This document shows, piece by piece, positions 63,300-64,000 of a DNA stretch of 64,000 nucleotides. The stretch is from Amphiscolops sp. MND2022 (Eukaryota), in contig OZ076419.1 of the NCBI GenBank assembly GCA_964187785.1, positions 51,336,001-51,400,000 on the forward strand, written 5' to 3'. The notes under the pieces were generated by a model. That model was not told where the DNA came from. It was given only the letters and a program-made list of their open reading frames with translations, and made no database searches. Within the stretch, counting starts at the first letter, position 1. Each line of letters begins with the position of its first letter. The translations under genes and the position numbers were made by a program.

Positions 63300-63825
63300 A
63301 TTAATGCTATCGACACGTAGACTCGATCATGAGGAACTATCTCAACGTTAGATACTAGAAAGTGATCTTCTAATGTAGATTACTATGTTGGCGAGATGTT
63401 TATAGACCTTCTTGCGGTGTGAAGTTACAACTAAGTTTATTCACCAGGTCAATTAGGCACAGATGCAGAACATAATGCAACAAAGGATGTTTATTTGAAG
63501 CTCTGGTGAACAATAGATGAAAGTTATTGCCCAATGTTGCTTGCTAGGACAAAACTAAGTGAATAGCTTTACATAATGCAGGCCTTTGCTTCAAAATTTG
63601 TTCTTGTTCATACTCTCTAACTATGTAACGCGTCATGGCTGAGTAGGATACTAAGTCAGCTGGGCAACACAATACTACTGTGACGGGTGCTCGTAGTAAA
63701 TCCGTACTACCGTAGGTTATCCAAGACAGGTGGTTTTGTCTGATCTTTGGCTGTGTGATCAACCATTTTCGCGTGTAGTCATTCGGATCCTTGTCATATG
63801 GTGGTGTCACATGTCCAAAGATCAA
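63300..63825 (-). pseudogene. Decayed, divergent macrodomain-like coding relic, probably retroelement-borne
   Basis: Reading through a stop and a frameshift gives WITYGSTDLLRAPVTVVLCCPADL...KAIHLVLS*QATLGNNFHLLFTRASNKHPLLHYVLHLCLIDLVNKL...TLEDHFLVSNVEIVPH. Its motif order resembles the TARG1 fold. Confidence 0.4.
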
Positions 63826-64000
63826 TCTTTTATTCTTGCCAGACGGTGCAACATAGCGGGCGATTGCCTACGTTACTACAAGACCATTCGTGAACAACGC
63901 AAAGTGCTTCAAGAACCGTTACTGGGTTTTCAAACGTATAGGCGTGTTATTCCAATAAGTGTAACTTGGCTTGACGACCGAAAACTGTAGCTAGTAGATA

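Overview
This is AT-rich eukaryotic, probably invertebrate-animal, DNA that is almost entirely a nested transposon graveyard. No host protein-coding gene, rRNA, intact tRNA or CRISPR array could be supported. There are several decayed Ty3/Gypsy relics (about 8.2-17.6 kb on +, 26-37 kb on -, 50.7-53.4 kb on -), an internally deleted pogo/Tigger element, non-autonomous DNA elements with TIRs (hAT-, MULE-, CMC/EnSpm- and Tc1-like), and a 200-N scaffold gap. The one intact, very young feature is a 5,710-bp LTR retrotransposon at 43641-49350 (- strand). It has 585-bp LTRs differing at one base by eye, a TTTGG target-site duplication, a tRNA-Asn-like PBS and a PPT. Its single 833-aa ORF encodes Gag capsid, a CCHC knuckle, an aspartic protease and a TARG1/OARD1-type ADP-ribose-hydrolase macrodomain with the catalytic Lys and Asp retained, but no RT, RNase H or integrase. 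Its 3' region carries two divergently oriented orphan ORFs of 100 aa each. A second, decayed macrodomain-like relic lies near the right end of the window. All domain calls come from visual motif recognition; no searches were run.
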